A DNA stretch of 64,000 nucleotides from Macrostomum lignano (lineage: Eukaryota): assembly GCA_002269645.1 (NCBI GenBank), contig NIVC01000714.1:1-64000 (forward strand). The letters run 5' to 3'. Shown here piece after piece: positions 22,175-35,574 of this stretch. Under the pieces are notes generated by a model. It made no database searches. It saw only the letters and a program-made list of their open reading frames with translations, and was not told the DNA's origin. Positions within the stretch are counted from its first letter, which is position 1. Every line of letters begins with the position of its first letter. A program made the position numbers and the translations under genes.

Positions 22175-23440
22175 TCAAGCAGCGCTCAGCACGGGGTACT
22201 GGGCCCTGACCCGAGCGTTCGCCGGTCCCGTCAACAAGTTGGCCCGTGCCCTACCGGGTACACCTGGTGGCAGCCCCGGCATGCCTTTGAAGTTCCTCGC
22301 CCGCCTGGAGTGCATGACAGCGGCCAGCAGGCCCAGCCCGGACTCAAGTTTCCGGTCCTCTCTCGCGCCGAAACGGTCCATGAGGATCTCGATCGATGGC
22401 CGGGAGAACAGACAGCTGATGCAGAGGAAGATGGCCTGCAGCGCCTGCAGCATGAAGTGGATGTGCCACAGGCAGACGGACTCGCAGCTGTGGTAGAGCA
22501 GCAGTGCCGTCAGGGCGAACAGCTGCACAATGCCGTTGGCCAGAGCCAGCTTGGCGAACACTCGGAACCGGTGCACAGCCGATCGGCTGTCGTATTTTCT
22601 CTCCTCAGACATGGCATCGAAGATGCAGCCGAGACGGATGAGGGCGGGCAGCTGAGCAGCCTGGAGCAGCAGGCAGGGCAGCGACAGCAGGTAGGCGTAC
22701 GACACCGCCGATGGACGCAGCGATCTGAGCAGCGCCAGATGCGGATGCGCGCAGTTCCTGTCGCGGTAAAGCTTGGCCAGACTGCTGCTGAGGTAGGACA
22801 GCTGGCCGACCTGGGAGATGGACTCCGCGAAACCGTGCCACGAGTGCGGCTGTCTCGGAGACGCCTCAGCTGTCCTGCTGCTGCTGCTGCTGTTCCGCTC
22901 GACAAGGAACGTCGTTGAGACGCCGTCGCCGCCGCCGCCCTCGCCGTTCAAAGTCCCGAGTATTCCGGCGGCGAGGAACGGCGCCGCAGTGAGGAGGCTG
23001 GCGGCCGCGCACCGGCAGTAGGGAGCGCAGGAGCGCAGGCGGATCAGAGGCTGGGCCTGACGATGTCGCCGCTCCCGCAACCAGAGGTGCAGCACCGAGG
23101 CGGCGCTCCAGGCGGCCGTGGCGACCTCCAGAAAGTGCAGCGCGGCATTGACCGGCGCCATGACCTCGGCGGGCAGATCGTCCCGGTCGAGGCCGCATGC
23201 AAGGAGCTGCAGCACTGCGCAGGCCGTGTGCAGGCTTAGCGCAGTCAGCAGCTGCCTGCCGTAAAGTCGGCGAAGGTCTCGGAGACGAACGACGAGGCCG
23301 AGGTGGCCGCAGTAGGCGGCGAGGCAGACGGACATGCAGATGAGCGGCAGCGGAGCGAGGCCCAGATCGGCTGGCGCCGGAGACTCGGCAGGCGGCGTCG
23401 GCGGGGAGGCCGGCAATGGCTGAATCGGCTGCGGCATCAA
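22175..23440 (-). CDS. 7TM exon of a Methuselah-like/family B GPCR
   Basis: Seven hydrophobic segments; LRDLRRLYGRQL after TM1, HFLEVATAAW in TM3, RFRVFAKLALANG in TM6 and LQALQAIF in TM7 parallel Mth-like receptors. Probably the terminal exon. Confidence 0.7.
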   Translation of the reverse strand: MMPQPIQPLPASPPTPPAESPAPADLGLAPLPLICMSVCLAAYCGHLGLVVRLRDLRRLYGRQLLTALSLHTACAVLQLLACGLDRDDLPAEVMAPVNAALHFLEVATAAWSAASVLHLWLRERRHRQAQPLIRLRSCAPYCRCAAASLLTAAPFLAAGILGTLNGEGGGGDGVSTTFLVERNSSSSSRTAEASPRQPHSWHGFAESISQVGQLSYLSSSLAKLYRDRNCAHPHLALLRSLRPSAVSYAYLLSLPCLLLQAAQLPALIRLGCIFDAMSEERKYDSRSAVHRFRVFAKLALANGIVQLFALTALLLYHSCESVCLWHIHFMLQALQAIFLCISCLFSRPSIEILMDRFGAREDRKLESGLGLLAAVMHSRRARNFKGMPGLPPGVPGRARANLLTGPANARVRAQYPVLSAA

Positions 23441-23634
23441 AGCGGTTGCTATGGTAACCTGTGGCCGGTCCGTTTTGCGCGGTAATATCCTGCATCAGCT
23501 GCCGTGGGATTCACTGCCTAGCAGCCAGGCTTTATTGGGGCAGCCGGCCAATGGGATTGCGGCAAATTGCTGAATTCACTCCCCACTCTTGATCCAATCC
23601 AGTTTTTCTCTTTCTTTCCTTGCTAGTGACTCCT

Positions 23635-24172
23635 CTCTGTCTCTATAGACACCCACTTTTCTCTATAGACCTATTTCTGTCTCTTTAGACACCCATCTGT
23701 CTCTATAGACACCTATCTCTGTCTCTATAGACACCCATCTGTCTCTATAGACACCCATCTGTCTCTATAGACACTTCTCTCTCTATAGACACTTCTCTCT
23801 CTATAGAAACCCATCTATCTCTATAGACACCCATCTGTCTCTATAGACACCCATCTGTCTCTATAGACACCCATCTGTCTCTATAGACACACATCTATCT
23901 TTATAGACACCCACTTTTCTCTGTAGACCTATTTCTGTCTCTATAGACACCCATCTGTCTCTATAGACACCCATCTATCTCTATAGACACTCATCTATCT
24001 CTATAGACACTTTTCTGTCTCTATAGACACCCATCTGTCTCTATAGACCTCTCTGTCTCTATAGACACCCATCTATCTCTATAGACACCCATCTATAGAC
24101 AGACACCCATCTATCTCTATAGACACCCATCTATAGACACCCATCTATCTCTATAGACACCCATCTGTCTCT
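23635..24172. repeat. 20-bp minisatellite (TCTCTATAGACACCCATCTG)
   Basis: Direct inspection. Confidence 0.95.
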
Positions 24173-24754
24173 TCTTTAGGGTGTCAAAATATTCCTTCAA
24201 TCAAGCAGATGAATCAAGCAGATCAAGCAGATGATCAAGCAGATGAAGCAGATGAGGTTTTCGAATTAAAACACTCCTTACTTTCGAATCCAAATGAATT
24301 ACACAGCAAGAGCCGCCTCTCCCGTGTAGTCCAGCCATTGGGCTTTTATGTTTTACTGACCATAGCTAACTGTAATTCGTTTGAAGCTGTCGGGACCTGC
24401 AGCTGGGAGAAACCTGATGCCATGATGAATTATTGAGCAGCTGAAAAACGCGCACCGAAGCACTGCAGATCGTTTTTTTCTGGGAGCTCCTGCTTTTGCC
24501 AAACTACAAGCTCTCCCTTTCTCTTCTCTGTTTCATGCGCAATGCAGGTAAAAGACCTTCGCAGCTAGCGATTCCAATTTGGAAAGAGTTCGTTTGCATG
24601 TTTAATCGAGTATGCCGGAGCTCGGCATCAATTGAGCATTCGCGATTCAAAAATGAAAGAGAATTATCAGCCTAGACGGCTGGGCTTTTATTAAAACCTG
24701 AGTAGCGGGACTCAACCCCCGAATCTGTTATTCCTGATCAGTGCTGGCATAGAA

Positions 24755-25135
24755 ATCTTTCTCTTCCTGTCTACTTCTCTCTCTCCCTGTATACTTCTAC
24801 CTGTCCTTGTCTACTTCTCTCTCTCCCCCTTTCTACTTTTATCGCTCGTGTATATTTCTATTCCTCCATGCGTAGTTATATCTCTCCCAGTCTACTTATA
24901 TCTGTCTACTTCTATACTTCCCTGTGTAATTCTTTCTTTCCCTGTCTATACTTCTATCTCTCCCTGTCTACTTCTATCTCTCCCTGTCTATTTCTATCTC
25001 TCCCTGTCTACCTCTATTTCTCGCTGGCTACTTCTATCTCACTTTCTCACTTCTATCTCACTTCTATTTCTATCCTTTTCTGTCTACTTCTATCCCTCTC
25101 TGTCTACTTCTATCTCTCCCTCTTATATTCCTTCT
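24755..25135. repeat. Degenerate CT-rich minisatellite (TCTACTTCTATCTCTCCCTG)
   Basis: Direct inspection. Confidence 0.8.
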
Positions 25136-25862
25136 CTCCTCTCGCAGTACTGGGCAGCATCTCTGGCCTCTTAATAACCTTATCAGTCAAAGCATACTCA
25201 TTCGATCCAACAGAGCTCAAAGTTGGCAACGATATGGGCTACTCGTCAACTGCAGAAAAGTTCGAGGAGCAGAGACGCGGCAGGGATTTCAAAGATTAAA
25301 TTCGTTACGGGCGGCTGCCCTATCAGCGCTGCGGGGGAGCTCTGGGGCTGCGATTCTGGGGTGAGGAGAGGGGCAGGGGACTGCCAAGGGCATCAGCTGG
25401 AGAAGCTGCATGGGTTGGAGGGACAGTCAAGAGTAAGAGATGTGCAGCGAGACTCCTCGAGGGTGAGACAAAAGTAACACATATTGTCTAATTCTCTGCA
25501 GTGCCTTGGGGGCTTGGCGTGTGCATAGTGCAGATGTACACCTCTAAAAAATCGATCAGAAAGTCAATGCAGCAGCAACACTCAAAGCAATTCTTTAACC
25601 AAAAAAGGAACCGAAGTGTCCTTACGTACTGAAAAAATTCAACTCAATTGTGTACTATTAGAAAAAAGTAACTAATTTTTCAATGAAAAAAATGAAAACA
25701 AATAAAACCGGCTTGTCGCTCCGCGTTAAAAGAAAAAATGCCTATGTGACAATATTAGCGGCCTCCAAAATCGATTCCACAGTAGTACGACAGGTGGGGA
25801 AAAACTTAGTTAATAAAAATCCCTATGTAAAAATTTGCTCAAGTTCTGCTCGAGTCGCAGAG

Positions 25863-28800
25863 TTACAGCATCACAGGGGCCAGCTGGTGCCGCTTCCTGG
25901 AAGTCCACACCAGCTCGGAGCGGACCCGGACCTCGCCTTCCAGCGCCTCGTCGGCGGGTCCGTGACGCCGGGCCTCCGCCCAGCAGGCGGCCGTCATCAG
26001 CTCGGAGCTCAGCCAGACTCGGCCTGGCCAGGCGGGGCTCAGCTGCAGCGCCGCCGTTGCCCCGGCAACCAGCCGGGCCAGACTCTGCCTGGTCGAGGCC
26101 GGCTCCGCCAGGACGCCGTCCTGCAGTTGGCGAACTTGGCAGGCCAGCGACTCCGGCCTGGCGTGCCGGCAGCCGCTGCCGCCGCCGTTGCCTCCGACGG
26201 ACGCCAGCAAGCCGGTGGCCACGGCGCACTCGTCGCACTGGCCGGCCGTCAGCACGACGGTCTCGGTGGCGAGTCCGGCCTCGCCTCCGCCGGTGCCACC
26301 GTCGGTCGCCACCGCGGTCACGAGCTGCAACAGCTCCTCGCAGCTGCCGCCGCCGCCACCCGGCCGATGGCTGTGCAGCTCAAGCAGCGGCTGTCGAAGT
26401 TGAACGCCGAATTCGAAGCCGGACTTGCTAGCGGTTGCTAGGCGGCATCGATCCGCTGTGTCTGGCAGCCGGGTGAGCACCAGAGTGCAGGCCGGGGTTC
26501 GAGTCTCCAGCGCTGCCGGCTGGTAGACTCGCAGGCTAACGCCTTCGACCAGCTCAGCTGAGCAGCCACATCGCCTGTTGGTCTTCGCTGCTGTTTTGCT
26601 CGCCAAAGCTGTCGTGGATTCGTCGTCGACCAGCTGTCGGTGACAGCAGAGCCTGTGCGAGCTGTCGCTGCCGATCTCGAATTCGTTGAACTGCCTGGCG
26701 CAGCCGGCCTGCCGGTGAACGCCAGCCAGCGCGACCTCCTCCAGCACGCTGCTCTGAGCCGGTCCGGGGCGCGCAGTTTGCTTGATGCGCGCTTGGCTGG
26801 ATGAAGCCAGCCGGAGCTGCTGGGCGGAGCAGCCATCCAGTTCCAAGCGACGTGTCGAAGCCTCCATGCTGCAGGGCATCTCGGAGGCGGCCACAGCCGA
26901 TGTGGCTGAGGACAGCTCGGCTGGTCCAGAGATCACAGGCTGCACGGAAGTCGCGCGACCTTCGTGTGCGATGCCGCAGACGGCTCTCGATGTTGACACC
27001 GCTGCGGCGCTTTTCTCAATGCCGGGAATTTTCTGACAGCGTGCGGCTGCTTCGGCTGACGGACCCGCCACGGTGCAGGCTGCTGTCGTTTCCGTCTCCA
27101 GCGCGCGACGTCGCTTTGAAGTCGGCGTCTTCAGTGTCGGCAGCCGACAAGCCGCAACCGCTGCTGGCTGCTCCGTCTGTGAAGCGGCGGTGGAGTCAGC
27201 TTGGCACAATGAGCAGGCTGCGCAGCAGGCGGTGCCGGTCTCGGCTATAGCGGCGTCGTGAGCACCGCTGCCGAGGCCCAGCGCCGACTCCTCCAGCAGG
27301 GCAGACGCGCGCAACGCCGTCGCTCCCGATTTGATCAGCGAATTTTTTTTCGACTCAAACAGCCGACGCTGGCAGACGGTTAGGCAGGCGGTGCAGACGC
27401 CGATTTGAGTCGCGTGGTCAATCGACGAAACCTGCCGCTGTTGCGACGACCCCGCGGAGGCAGCGGATTCGGTCCGAGCGACTCCTGGAGGCGGCGGTCT
27501 GCAGACGGAGACTTCGAAACGGCTGTCCAGCTCTGCGGCTCCGTCGTCAAGTCCGACCAGCGGCTTCCCCAGGCAGGCGGACTGGCGGGCAGAACGCTGC
27601 TGCAGACAGGCCGCGGTGCCGACTGCCAGCTTGCCAGCAGCGCAGACGGCGGTGGCCTCCAGGCTGGTGTCGGTGCGCAGCTGCTGGGAGATCCTCGACG
27701 CGGCGACGCCCTGAACGGCGTGATGCAGCGGCCTGAGCGGATGCAAATGCGCGGCGACGAAAGCCTCCTCCGATGTGCTTGGCGGCAGGGAATGAGTTGA
27801 GTCCTGCGACCGCAGATCCGCGTCAGTCTCCGTTGAGGTGACACCCTGGCTGATCAATCGGAAGGCTCGGTCGAAATTGTTGACGTCGAACTCGGAGCTG
27901 TTGACGCTCGCGGAGCCGGAGGCACCGCGGCTGCTGTAGGTTGTCGGGAAGCTGGAATCGTCTATCAGCGCCAAATTCTTGTCGTCGTCGTCAGTGGGTT
28001 TCGCTGCATCGGCCACGACGGCGCTCAGTAGAAGCGTCGGTCCCGCCTGGTTGGCCGCCCGAGGCTCGTGGCTGCAGTTGCTGCACAGCGCATTCGCCGC
28101 TGCCGCCGCCGACGGCTGCTCCTCAAAGCTGGTCTCCATCTCGGTGAACGAGATGAACTCACCAGCTGCCGCCTCGGTCGCCGCGGCTCTGGTGGCTTCG
28201 GCCAGCAGCCGAACGGCCTGTTGCCACAGGCGGCGAGTCAGCTGCGACGTCGGTCCCTGCGGCCGCGCCTGCGGCTGCTGCTGCTGCTGCTGTTGCAGCT
28301 GCAGTCGAAGCTGCAGCCGCCGCAGTCGCAGGAACGGACTCACTGTCGAGTTCAAACTCCAACGAGCCGAGTTGACGCGCTCGTCAGTGAATGACGATAC
28401 GAGACTGCTGCTGCTGCTGCCGCCGCTGCCGCTGCTGTCGCTGCTGCTTACGGAACTGCTGCTGCCGCTGCTGCTAGGAATTGGCATTCGGCCGCTGCCA
28501 TTGCTGTTGCTGCCCGACACCATCTGGTAGCAGCAGCCGGTCCCGGCTTGGCCCGCCGCCGTCGCCAGTGGCAGCCGCTTCACCAGGCGGCGCACCCGCC
28601 AGCTGCCGCCCAGACTGCAGACGAGGTCGGCAAGTCGACGTGCGCTGGCTGGGAAGTCGCCGCCGGACTCGTTCATCAACACCTCGACTGGGACGGAGAC
28701 GCCAGTTTTGCTTTGCTGCTGTTGCTGTTGCAGATTCTGGTGCTGCAGTTCTGCTTGCTTCTGGTAGCGATGATCGACCAGGATTGAGCAGCCGCAGGTG

Positions 28801-29040
28801 GTCTCAATGTCGGCAAGCAGACGGTCCACATTGGGGTCAGTAGAGAGCAGCTCTGCAAGGCGTTCGTCCACCCAGAATGAAAAGTACACCACTGTCTCCT
28901 CTGCGGATGCAGCCTCATCACTCTGTGGAGCATAATCTTGCTTCTGCTGTTGCCTCTGCTGTTTCTGCTCTTTCCCAGCTTCCCGAACAGCAGATCTGCG
29001 TGTTTTTGCGAGGAGTTTTGAGGTGCTGATTGGATTTGCC
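25863..29040 (-). CDS. Very large coding exon, Ala/Ser/Gln-rich, unknown product
   Basis: About 1058 open GC-rich codons beginning at an acceptor-like TTGCAG|GCAAAT; no family motif recognised. Confidence 0.65.
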
Positions 29041-29199
29041 TGCAAGGTATGTATTGAGCCTACGAATTGTGACCTACAAATAACCTGTGCGTTTTAACCA
29101 GATGGACTTTTCGTGTGCCAACTTTAATAAGGTAAAATTTGTGTTTAAGTTAGCCTTTCTTTCGAATAGATAGTCTTTGTTTGCTTTGATCTAATTATT

Positions 29200-29920
29200 T
29201 GATCTAATAGAGAATCTTTATGTCTAATAGATAGTCTTTGTGTCTAACAGAGAGTCTTTGTGTCTAACAGAGAGTCTTTGTGTCTAACAAAGATTCTTTG
29301 TGTCTAACAGAGAGCCTTTGTATCTAACAGAGAGTCTTTGTGTCTAACAGAGAGTTTTTTGTGTCTAACAGAGAGTCTTTGTGTCTAACAGAGAGTCTTT
29401 GTGTCTAACAGAGAGTCTTTGTGTCTAACAGAGAGTCTTTGTGTCTAACAGAGAGTCTTTGTGTCTGACAGAGAGTCTTTGTGTCTAACAGAGATTCTTT
29501 GTGTCTAACAGAGATTCTTTGTGTCTAACAGAGATTCTTTGTGTCTAACAGAGAGTCTTTGTGTCTAACAGAGAGTCTTTGTGTCTAACAGAGAGTCTTT
29601 GTGTCTAACAGAGAGTCTTTGTGTCTAACAGAGAGTCTTTGTGTCTAACAGAGAGTATTTGTGTCTAACAGAGTCTCTGTATCTAATAGATAGCCTTTGT
29701 GTCTAACAGGTACGTTTCTGTCTAACAGGTACGTCTCTGTCTAACAGGTACGTTTCTGTCTAACAGGTACGTCTCTGTCTAACAGGCTCGTCTCTGTCTA
29801 ACAGGCTATGTCTCTGTCTAACAGGTTCGTCTCTGTCTAACAGGTTCGTCTCTGTCTAACAGGCTCGTCTCTGTCTAACAGGCTATGTCTCTGTCTAACA
29901 GGTACGTCTCTATCTAACAG
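29200..29920. repeat. Compound minisatellite (GTGTCTAACAGAGAGTCTTT 20 bp, then GTCTAACAGGTACGTCTCT 19 bp)
   Basis: Direct inspection. Confidence 0.95.
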
Positions 29921-30332
29921 GTACATCTGTCTTCAACGTGCTTAATAATTTTAAACATTTTGCATACAAGACAATTGTGGTACTACTAAACACTGGCATA
30001 TGCATAATTTGTTGTCCTTTATTCTCAATATCACGAGCTACAAACCTTGAAGCAGATTTCAGCTGCTGCTGTTCCTGAACCCTTGATTTTGACTGATGCC
30101 GATTCAACCTCGCTGCATTCTGCGAGGCCGATGCCATGCATGGGCCAGGTTGTCGTCTAGTTATGGAAAACTAAAAAATTGAATAGCAACAAGGGTGACT
30201 TATGCTCTGGCGTTTGGTGATGACAGTTCCTGGTGCCGTGGTGTGGTTTATTTTAAGTGTGTGTGAGGCTTGAGCTGGGCTCAATTGGCCATAGACTTGC
30301 CAATATTGTAGTGAGCGTTTTCAGCCTAAAAA

Positions 30333-30677
<345 letters not shown>

Positions 30678-31084
30678 TGGTACATACAGTCGTACATGTA
30701 CTTTCAAAGCATCTCGATTATTTGTTTAAGCTACAAGCTAAACTTAAACTAAATTGAAACTTTAAGAAACATTCGGACATGAATTGCTGATTACCTTTCT
30801 CAAACAGAACCCACAGCCAAGCAAGCACATTAATGTCAATGTTGAAGAAAACACGCGTACTAGGCTGAACAAGTCAAACAAGAACACCCGGCCCAGTTCA
30901 GTGAGCACACACTGCTGCATGCATAGCGATAAGGCACAGCTACAACTTCTATAAGGCCGCTATAGCTGCTAAATTGAACAATTAAAATACCGCTGAAAAT
31001 TGCAATAGCTGTTTGCACTGTACAAAAGTACAACTGTTAACTTCCACAGAGCCTTTGTTTTAAGTTTGACAATTGCAGGCTGCA

Positions 31085-31810
31085 GAGCCAGCCCGGCTCT
31101 CGCATAAAGCGAGTGTACATGTTTGACGAAATGAGAAAGTCAGGACCGCTGCACTGTACATCCGGCCAGCTGCTTGGACTCAACCGCAGGGACATCAGGA
31201 CGGTGACTATGGCCCTCTCGGGTCTTGGCTGCTTTGCCAGGCATCGTCACCTCCAGGGAAAAATCGGCAGTGAGGAATGCCCCTTCTGCCTCTCCGGTGT
31301 CAATAATGCGGAGCACTTCATCTGTGAATGCCCCGCCGTTACTCAGGACAGGCTCAACTACCTCGGCCCAAACCCGGACCTCTCCGACGTTTTCAGGCCC
31401 GAGAATCTCTGCCAGCTCGTCCGCTACCTAAGGGCTACCGGGCAAGCGACAATCCACCTCCTGGACTCTCCGGAGGGGGACCGCGCTGCGGACACCGGCG
31501 CCACCAGAACTCCCTGCGCGACACCGCCGCAGCACCAGCTGCCCGTGGTCGCCAGGGGCTAGCGAAATGGGCGGCAACGCCTCCTCGCTGTCTCCGGACG
31601 CACGGAGCCCCCTGCAGCTGAGTCAAGTCAAGTACTGTACACCCTATGTGAGCGTAATCAGGGATCAGCAGAATGGATATGATTGGCTTTGTTTCTTCTC
31701 TGGCTGTGGGCAGACCAGATGTCGGCGAACTCCGGCCCGCAAAGCCTCTCTACCTGACCCTCCGTCCTTTGAAACTTCACATTAGCAATCCGGCCTGATC
31801 AAGATCTGTC
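31085..31810 (+). mobile_element. 5'-truncated non-LTR retrotransposon 3' end (R1/LOA/I-group-like zinc knuckle)
   Basis: GLGCFARHRHLQG...CPFC...NAEHFICECPA...RLNYLG is the C-terminal CCHC knuckle of I-group ORF2; followed by a (CTCCT)n tract. Boundaries approximate. Confidence 0.75.
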
Positions 31811-31970
31811 TCTTCTCCTCTCCTCTCCTATTCTCTCCCTCCCTCCCTTCTCTCCTCTCCTCTCGTCTCGTCTCCTCTTCTCTCCTCTCCTTTCCTTTCC
31901 ATTCTCCCTTCTGCTCTCCTCTCCTCTTCTCTTTTATCCTCTACTTTCCTCTACTCTCCTCTCTCCTTCC
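31810..31970. repeat. (CTCCT)n-like pyrimidine tract
   Basis: Direct inspection. Confidence 0.85.
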
Positions 31971-32477
31971 TCTGGCCCACAGTCATTCACTAGGTTCTCT
32001 ATCTGCCCTTGAGTTAAAAAAATTGCCTACCCGTGGGGTAAGCTGTCGACTAATAAGTAATTAATCCGATGCCCGAAACCCCCTACTAGTAGTAGGTCAA
32101 GTATTTTTTTAGCGCCAGTATAATGAAAAAGCAAACTGCTAAAGCTTATATTTCTTGATGCAAAATTTAGATTTTATCTTTACATATTTGCGTACAAACA
32201 TACAAATTTTATTTATACATTTCAATTAAAAATTATTAAATTAAAAAACACAGACAAAAGTTACAGCTACCAGTAATAATGCACAAATTCACAGGTATAA
32301 TTAACGACCAAAATTAGTAATATATGCAGCTTAGAATTAGTTCATATATGCAGTAACACTTCACGCGAAATTAAAAGAAACAAATGCTTATTGATATCTT
32401 TTCTTTTGAGCATTCCGCAGCGGTTTTCTTATTTAAATTATCAAATCAATAAATTACCTCTAAAAACCCACGGTGAG

Positions 32478-34200
32478 TCTGATACCCTCTCCTGACTGAC
32501 AGTTTGATCACCTCCCAGACTGACAGTCTGATCCCATCTCCTGACTGACAGTTTGATCCCATCTCCTGACTGACAGTCTGATCCCATCTCCTGACTGACA
32601 GTCTGATCCCATCCTGACTGACAGTTTGATCACCTCCCAGACTGACAGTCTGATCCCATCTCCTGACTGACAGTCTGATCCCATCTCCTGACTGACAGTC
32701 TGATCCCATCTCCTGACTGACAGTCTGATCCCATCTCCTGACTGACAGTCTGATCCCATCTCCTGACTGACAGTTTGATCACCTCCCAGACTGACAGTCT
32801 GATCCCATCTCCTGACTGACAGTCTGATCCCATCTCCTGACTGACAGTCTGATCCCATCTCCTGACTGACAGTCTGATCCCATCTCCAGACTGACAGTCT
32901 GATCCCATCTCCTGACTGACAGTCTGATCCCATCTCCTGACTGACAGTTTGATCACCTCCCAGACTGACAGTCTGATCCCATCTCCTGACTGACAGTCTG
33001 ATCCCATCTCCAGACTGACAGTCTGATCCCATCTCCTGACTGACAGTCTGATCCCATCTCCTGACTGACAGTTTGATCACCTCCCAGACTGACAGTCTGA
33101 TCCCATCTCCTGACTGACAGTCTGATCCCATCTCCAGACTGACAGTCTGATCCCATCTCCTGACTGACAGTCTGATCCCATCTCCTGACTGACAGTTTGA
33201 TCACCTCCCAGACTGACAGTCTGATCCCATCTCCTGACTGACAGTCTGATCCCATCTCCAGACTGACAGTCTGATCCCATCTCCTGACTGACAGTCTGAT
33301 CCCATCTCCTGACTGACAGTTTGATCACCTCCCAGACTGACAGTCTGATCCCATCTCCTGACTGACAGTCTGATCCCATCTCCAGACTGACAGTCTGATC
33401 CCATCTCCAGACTGACAGTCTGATCCCATCTCCTGACTGACAGTCTGATCCCCTCCCTGACAGTCTGATCCCCTCCCTGACAGTCTGATCACCTCCCAGA
33501 CTGACAGTCTGATCACCTCCCAGACTGACAGTCTGATCACCTCCCAGACTGACAGTCTGATCCCATCTCCTGACTGACAGTCTGATCCCATCTCCTGACT
33601 GACAGTCTGATCCCCTCCCAGACTGACAGTCTGATCCCATCTCCTGACTGACAGTCTGATCCCATCTCCTGACTGACAGTCTGATCACCTTCCCTGACTG
33701 ACAGTCTGATCCCATCTCCTGACTGACAGTCTGATCCCCTCCCTAACAGTCGGATCCCCTCCCTGACAGTCTGATCCCCTCCCTAACAGTCGGATCCCCT
33801 CCCTGACAGTCTGATCCCATCTCCTGACTGACAGTCTGATCCCATCTCCTGACTGACAGTCTGATCCCATCTCCTGACTGACAGTCTGATCCCATCTCCT
33901 GACTGACAGTCTGATCACCTTCCCTGACTGACAGTCTGATCCCATCTCCTGACTGACAGTCTGATCCCCTCCCTAACAGTCTGATCACCTTCCCTGACTG
34001 ACAGTCTGATCCCATCTCCTGACTGACAGTCTGATCCCCTCCCTAACAGTCGGATCCCCTCCCTGACAGTCTGATCCCCTCCCTAACAGTCGGATCCCCT
34101 CCCTGACAGTCTGATCCCATCTCCTGACTGACAGTCTGATCCCATCTCCTGACTGACAGTCTGATCCCCTCCCCTGACAGTCTGATCCCCTCCCCTGACA
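32478..34200. repeat. 25/21-bp minisatellite (CTGACTGACAGTCTGATCCCATCTC) directly after the cyclin Q stop codon
   Basis: Direct inspection. Confidence 0.95.
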
Positions 34201-34201
34201 T

Positions 34202-35574
34202 TCAGTTGAAACCGGCAGGCGCCCCAGCACCAAGCACCTGGTCAAGCTGGTACACCCGGCAGATGTCAGTAACCAGCCGGTCCATCAGCCCGGCGCTGGC
34301 CTCGGGCCACAGAGCTCGATACCAGGGCTGCCGACTCTCGATTTCGCCTGGCAACCGTAGGCCAATTAGTCGCATAGCAACTGCGATGACGCCCAAGCTA
34401 AGCGCCTGAGGCGGATAGGACAGACACAGCGGTGCGTGATAGCTGTCCCTCAGGACGGACCAGGCCAGCGTGGGCAGGCGGGACTGGCGCAAGGCGCCTG
34501 GCGGCATCCAATCAGCGATGGCGCTCAGCTGATAAAGCAGGTGCGAATGCGGCAGCTGCAGCTCGGTGCTGAAGCCGACCGCGCGAACCAGGAAGAGCTC
34601 GCAGGTGGCCAGCGACTGGCGTAGGCCATTGTACACCTGATTGTTGCCGCCCTCCAGCGGCTCCTTGTCAGGGTGCAGCGTCCTGGGAGTTGGGAGATTC
34701 AGATCACACTGTCAGGGGAGGGGTCAGACTCTCAGGGGAGAGGTCAGACTGTCAGGGGAGGGGTCAGACTGTCAGGAGAGAGGATCAGACTGTCAGGGAG
34801 ATGAGGCTGTCAGGGTGGGAGCCTGGGAGGGGTCAGACTGTCAATGGAGGGTTCAGACTGTCAGTGGAGGGGACCAGACTGTCAGGGGAGAGGATCAGAC
34901 TGTCAGAGAGGGACCAAACTGTCAGGGGAGGGGACCAGACTGTCAGAGAGGGAGTCAGACTGTCAGAGGAGGGGATCAGACTGTCATTAGAGGGGATCAA
35001 ACTGTCAGAGAGAGGATGAGACTGTCAGGGGATGAGGCTGTCAGGTAGGAGATCAAACTGTCAGGGAGGGGATCAGACTGTCAGGGGAGAGAATCAGCCT
35101 GCAAATTAAAGCACTAAGTAGTATACAAACGCACTGATAGAAGACATTGATGATATCGCGTGAATAAACAGACTTGTCCAGCAGTTTTGCAGCCAGATGA
35201 ACGCAAGACATTAGGAGAGTCTGGAAAATGAATATAGCAATAGATTCAAATTGGGTTAGGCCTAGCAAAACAGACTTGAAATGTTTTATTTTTACATTTC
35301 AAATAAATTTTACAGAAAACTCACATGAGGGTCCACATCGTCAATGCTGATGGATTTGTAGAATCGGTGGTACAGTGTGGCTGCCCCAGCAAATGTGGTT
35401 GCATCCAATTCCAATTTGATTGCTAAATTGTACAGATATTTGGTAAAATAAATTTTAAATAATTACACCTAACTAGAATGAATTAAAAATATGCATCGAT
35501 TTCAAAACAAACTCACAGGCTTCAGTCAAGACAGATATAGCTTTGAAATGGTAAGATTCAGTTTGCCTATCCAT
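34202..35574 (-). CDS. CCNQ: Cyclin Q (FAM58A/cyclin M), 4 coding exons, 240 aa
   Basis: Exons 35517-35574, 35325-35422, 35135-35220 and 34202-34682 have GT-AG sites and compatible phases (723 nt). Motifs FKAISVLTEAS-IKL, TLYHRFY, RDIINV, CELFLVRAVGF, AWSVLRDSYH and PWY parallel human CCNQ. Confidence 0.9.
34705..35097. repeat. Intronic minisatellite (GGGGAGGGATCAGACTGTCA), reverse complement of the 32478-34200 array
   Basis: Purine-rich on the + strand, whereas the downstream array is pyrimidine-rich. Confidence 0.9.

Noticed and set aside
22065-28933. Numerous overlapping plus-strand and alternative-frame ORFs (for example 22148-22918, 25683-26441; likewise 49429-50244)
   Set aside because: Shadows of GC-rich coding sequence on the opposite strand or in another frame, with no recognisable motifs.
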